IMG/VR virus record: IMGVR_UViG_3300037961_002462
Location: 1 to 53,024 of that record
DNA: 53,024 bases
Origin: a virus
Taxonomy: Duplodnaviria > Caudoviricetes
Direction: 5' to 3' (one strand)
Both the position numbers and the translations under genes were made by a program. The number at the start of each line of letters is the position of its first letter. Position 1 is the stretch's first letter. Under the pieces are notes generated by a model. That model saw only the letters and a program-made list of their open reading frames with translations. It searched no databases and was not told where the DNA came from. This document shows positions 50,914-53,024 of the stretch, one piece after another.

Positions 50914-51081
50914 TTATTTATTATCTATTTGGTTATACATACAATATTTTACTAATTTTTCAGTTTCTTTAATAAGTTGTTCAACTGTTTGTTGTTCATA
51001 AGGTGAATTCAAGGTGGCAATAATTCTTGCACACCTTGTTCTTATGTTAGATTTTAGTTTTAACTCTTCAGTTACAATCAT
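50914..51081 (-). CDS. Unannotated 55-aa hypothetical protein (MIVTEELKLKSNIRTRCARII...)
   Basis: Hand-translated; ATGA overlap upstream, stop abuts the next ATG. Confidence 0.6.
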   Translation of the reverse strand: MIVTEELKLKSNIRTRCARIIATLNSPYEQQTVEQLIKETEKLVKYCMYNQIDNK

Positions 51082-51443
51082 ACATTATACTTTAAGATTA
51101 ATTTTTCAATTTTATTTTCAATAGGTTCTTTGGTTTGGTGCCTATTGTTCCATTTAGTTATTACTTTGTAATATCTTTTTATATACTTTCTTCTAGCTGA
51201 CTTATACCATTTATTTACTATTTGTACTTCAGACATAAGTTTATTAAAAGATAAAAACTTTTTCGTATCACCATTAAGATAAGTAATTACTAGTTTTGTT
51301 TTGTCTACTGAACTGATTATACAGTGTTGGTTAGCTTTACGAAAAGATGCGTGTGCAACATCGTAAGAAGTAATTTTTTTCATACGCAATAGTGTTTTTA
51401 ATTTTTTAATGTAATCATCAGTTAGTTCTAGTTGTTTGTTCAT
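51078..51443 (-). CDS. Basic hypothetical protein (121 aa)
   Basis: ORF track. Confidence 0.6.
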   Translation of the reverse strand: MNKQLELTDDYIKKLKTLLRMKKITSYDVAHASFRKANQHCIISSVDKTKLVITYLNGDTKKFLSFNKLMSEVQIVNKWYKSARRKYIKRYYKVITKWNNRHQTKEPIENKIEKLILKYNV

Positions 51444-51486
51444 AAATATAAATTTAAGGGATTAATAGTAATAGAGAATAAAACAC

Positions 51487-51578
51487 CAAGTCTGAAAGAC
51501 TTGTAAGAAAAAAGAAAGAGTCACATGGACTCTCTCTTCTACACACTCAATGGTCCTAAATGGACAAATCATAGTGTG
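51487..51578 (-). terminator. Three-hairpin intergenic element including an intrinsic terminator
   Basis: CACACT/AGTGTG with inner GTCC/GGAC (51542-51578); AGAGTC/GACTCT followed on the - strand by TTCTTTTTT (51508-51533); CAAGTCT/AGACTTG (51487-51503). Confidence 0.65.
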
Positions 51579-51594
51579 AAATTTAAGTAAATTA

Positions 51595-51942
51595 TTAAGA
51601 AACTTTGTTTTCTTGTTTTCTACTTTCTAATTCGAAGTCTTCACTAAATACTTGGTCTGCAAGTTGTTGTGCATCGTGAAAATAATCGTTTAATATAACT
51701 GTGTATCTATCATTTTGTGAAGATGGTAGAGCTTTCATATTAACCCACGAACTACCGTCTTTACCGACTACTGCGTTGTTTCTTAAGAAGTCTATAAAGT
51801 CAGGTATTTTACAACTGATATTTAATATTGTAGTCCCATTCTTAAATGTGTGTGGTGCAATTTTAATGTTAGGAACTAATTTACCTTGTTTCTTAGTAGT
51901 TTCTGCTTCTACTTTTTTTGTAACTTTTTTTGTTTTTGCCAT
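51595..51942 (-). CDS. Hypothetical protein (115 aa) with Lys-rich N-terminus
   Basis: ORF track; strong A-rich leader. Confidence 0.65.
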   Translation of the reverse strand: MAKTKKVTKKVEAETTKKQGKLVPNIKIAPHTFKNGTTILNISCKIPDFIDFLRNNAVVGKDGSSWVNMKALPSSQNDRYTVILNDYFHDAQQLADQVFSEDFELESRKQENKVS

Positions 51943-51996
51943 TTTTATTTATTTAAATTAATACTTATTAATAATGTAAAAAGAACACAAAGTGTT

Positions 51997-52188
51997 CTAA
52001 TCTGTGTAACCGAATGTTTTATTAGCTGTTTCTAATAATATTTCTGTTAATGATTCATCGTAAAACAAATTACCAAATCTTTCTATCATTATATAAGCTA
52101 CATCTTGATGATGTTTTGTAGTACTATCACCTATAACATTTAATATTTTTTGAAACGATTTCATTTTACTTACTGTTTTTTTGTCCAT
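51997..52188 (-). CDS. Hypothetical protein (63 aa)
   Basis: ORF track. Confidence 0.55.
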   Translation of the reverse strand: MDKKTVSKMKSFQKILNVIGDSTTKHHQDVAYIMIERFGNLFYDESLTEILLETANKTFGYTD

Positions 52189-52412
52189 ACTGTATCTAAT
52201 TTTATAACTGTATCTTGATTAATAATTAATTTATGTCTACAAAGTTTGTGTATATACAACCATGTACTATCCATACTAAATTTATAGATAGTATCTGTAT
52301 AGATTGTATCTACATTATATTCATAATCTGTTACACATACAATGTTTTGTTTTTGGGTATTAGATATACCTATACCCAATAGTATCGCTACTATTATACT
52401 TATAGTTTTCAT
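52170..52412 (-). CDS. Small exported/membrane-anchored protein (80 aa)
   Basis: N-terminal hydrophobic MKTISIIVAILLGIGIS; DTIY/DTV repeats. Confidence 0.6.
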   Translation of the reverse strand: MKTISIIVAILLGIGISNTQKQNIVCVTDYEYNVDTIYTDTIYKFSMDSTWLYIHKLCRHKLIINQDTVIKLDTVWTKKQ

Positions 52413-52448
52413 AATTATTTAATTTTGTTTATACATTTATTTAATTGC

Positions 52449-52522
52449 AAAAGGAAGAGAAGACACTCGTAAATTATTTACTTTAAAGACATTTATTCTT
52501 TTTACAAGTGTCAACTCGACCT
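52449..52522 (-). other. Long bulged intergenic hairpin
   Basis: Minus strand AGGTCGAGTTGACACTTGTAAA...TTTACGAGTGTCTTCTCTTCCT-TTT; the U-G wobble favours the - strand. Confidence 0.65.
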
Positions 52523-52650
52523 ATATTATTAACCTAATATATTATTAGACATATATTGTGTTTGAGTTTTAGTCGTAGTTACTTAGTCACTCTGGTGTTA
52601 TTGGGCCACACATATATATGTAATTAGTAATAAAATCTAGAAACGAAGTT

Positions 52651-52872
52651 TCAAGACTTAGGTAATAAACTGGTGAAGATAGAGAATAGTACACCAGCCA
52701 TAACAGCGGTAGCTAGACCACTGAATGTTCCAATGAATAGTATTGGTAAACCAAGTGTAAACACTATGTCCCACAATACCTGTGTTTTAACAAGTTTTTC
52801 TCTACCCAACATTTTGTACATAATAATAAAGTATCCAATTGCGGTAAAGAAAGAAATAACAAATAAGTTCAT
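52651..52872 (-). CDS. Small 3-TM membrane protein (73 aa; start revised from 52932)
   Basis: Three hydrophobic segments. The longer start lies inside the upstream hairpin. Confidence 0.65.
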   Translation of the reverse strand: MNLFVISFFTAIGYFIIMYKMLGREKLVKTQVLWDIVFTLGLPILFIGTFSGLATAVMAGVLFSIFTSLLPKS

Positions 52873-52901
52873 AATATATATATTTAAGTTAATATTTAAG
52901 C

Positions 52902-52978
52902 AAAAAAAGGACATTGTCTTTACTTGAAACACCTAATGTTAGTTGTGTGTGTGTTCGTAAGTTTAGATAAATATGTCC
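52902..52978 (-). other. Long bulged hairpin with U-tail
   Basis: Minus strand GGACAT...ACTT..GAACAC...GTGTTT.AAGT...ATGTCC-TTTTTTT. Confidence 0.6.
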
Positions 52979-53024
52979 AATATGTAATAAGAATGAACAT
53001 ACAAAGTATGTGAACCGAAAGTCA

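Noticed and set aside
52523-52650. Possible tRNA or other RNA in the gap near the right end
   Set aside because: No cloverleaf, T-loop (GTTCRA) or convincing stems were found.
1-53024. Stop-codon reassignment (TAG/TGA), as in some gut Crassvirales
   Set aside because: Genes up to 11.5 kb are uninterrupted in code 11, coding density is high, TGA is used in ATGA overlaps, TAG ends 39437-40720, and no suppressor tRNA was seen.

Overview
The window is about 53 kb of an AT-rich, Crassvirales-like (crAss-like, podovirus-type) phage genome. The host is most likely a marine Flavobacteriia/Bacteroidota, judged from TAnnTTTG promoter boxes, A-rich start regions without Shine-Dalgarno sites, and a T9SS-type cargo gene. 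The + strand (1 to ~40.7 kb) carries late genes: putative capsid-associated and tail ring proteins, an IHF-like gene, Ttub, a 1908-aa muzzle/Tstab, and four ejected-cargo genes ending in a 3847-aa virion RNA polymerase polyprotein (GADLDGD catalytic motif, HExxH zincin motif, ASCH-like insert). These are followed by an RcGTA-like head-spike pair, a five-gene cell-envelope cassette (Cys-rich peptide, membrane coiled-coil, Cys-less thioredoxin fold, T9SS-like Cys-repeat protein, outer-membrane beta-barrel), a holin, an M15 endolysin and a metallophosphoesterase. The - strand (40.7-53 kb) carries early/middle genes: Dam-family MTase, DUF3310, RecE-like exonuclease, DnaA-domain-IV protein, RusA-like resolvase, SSB, Sak, HU, DnaB, DUF932 and many small ORFs, separated by long bulged hairpins and one ~190-nt structured-RNA candidate. 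No DNA polymerase, primase, terminase, portal, major capsid protein, tRNA, CRISPR array, integrase or RT was recognised. All calls come from by-eye motif recognition and synteny; no database searches were run.
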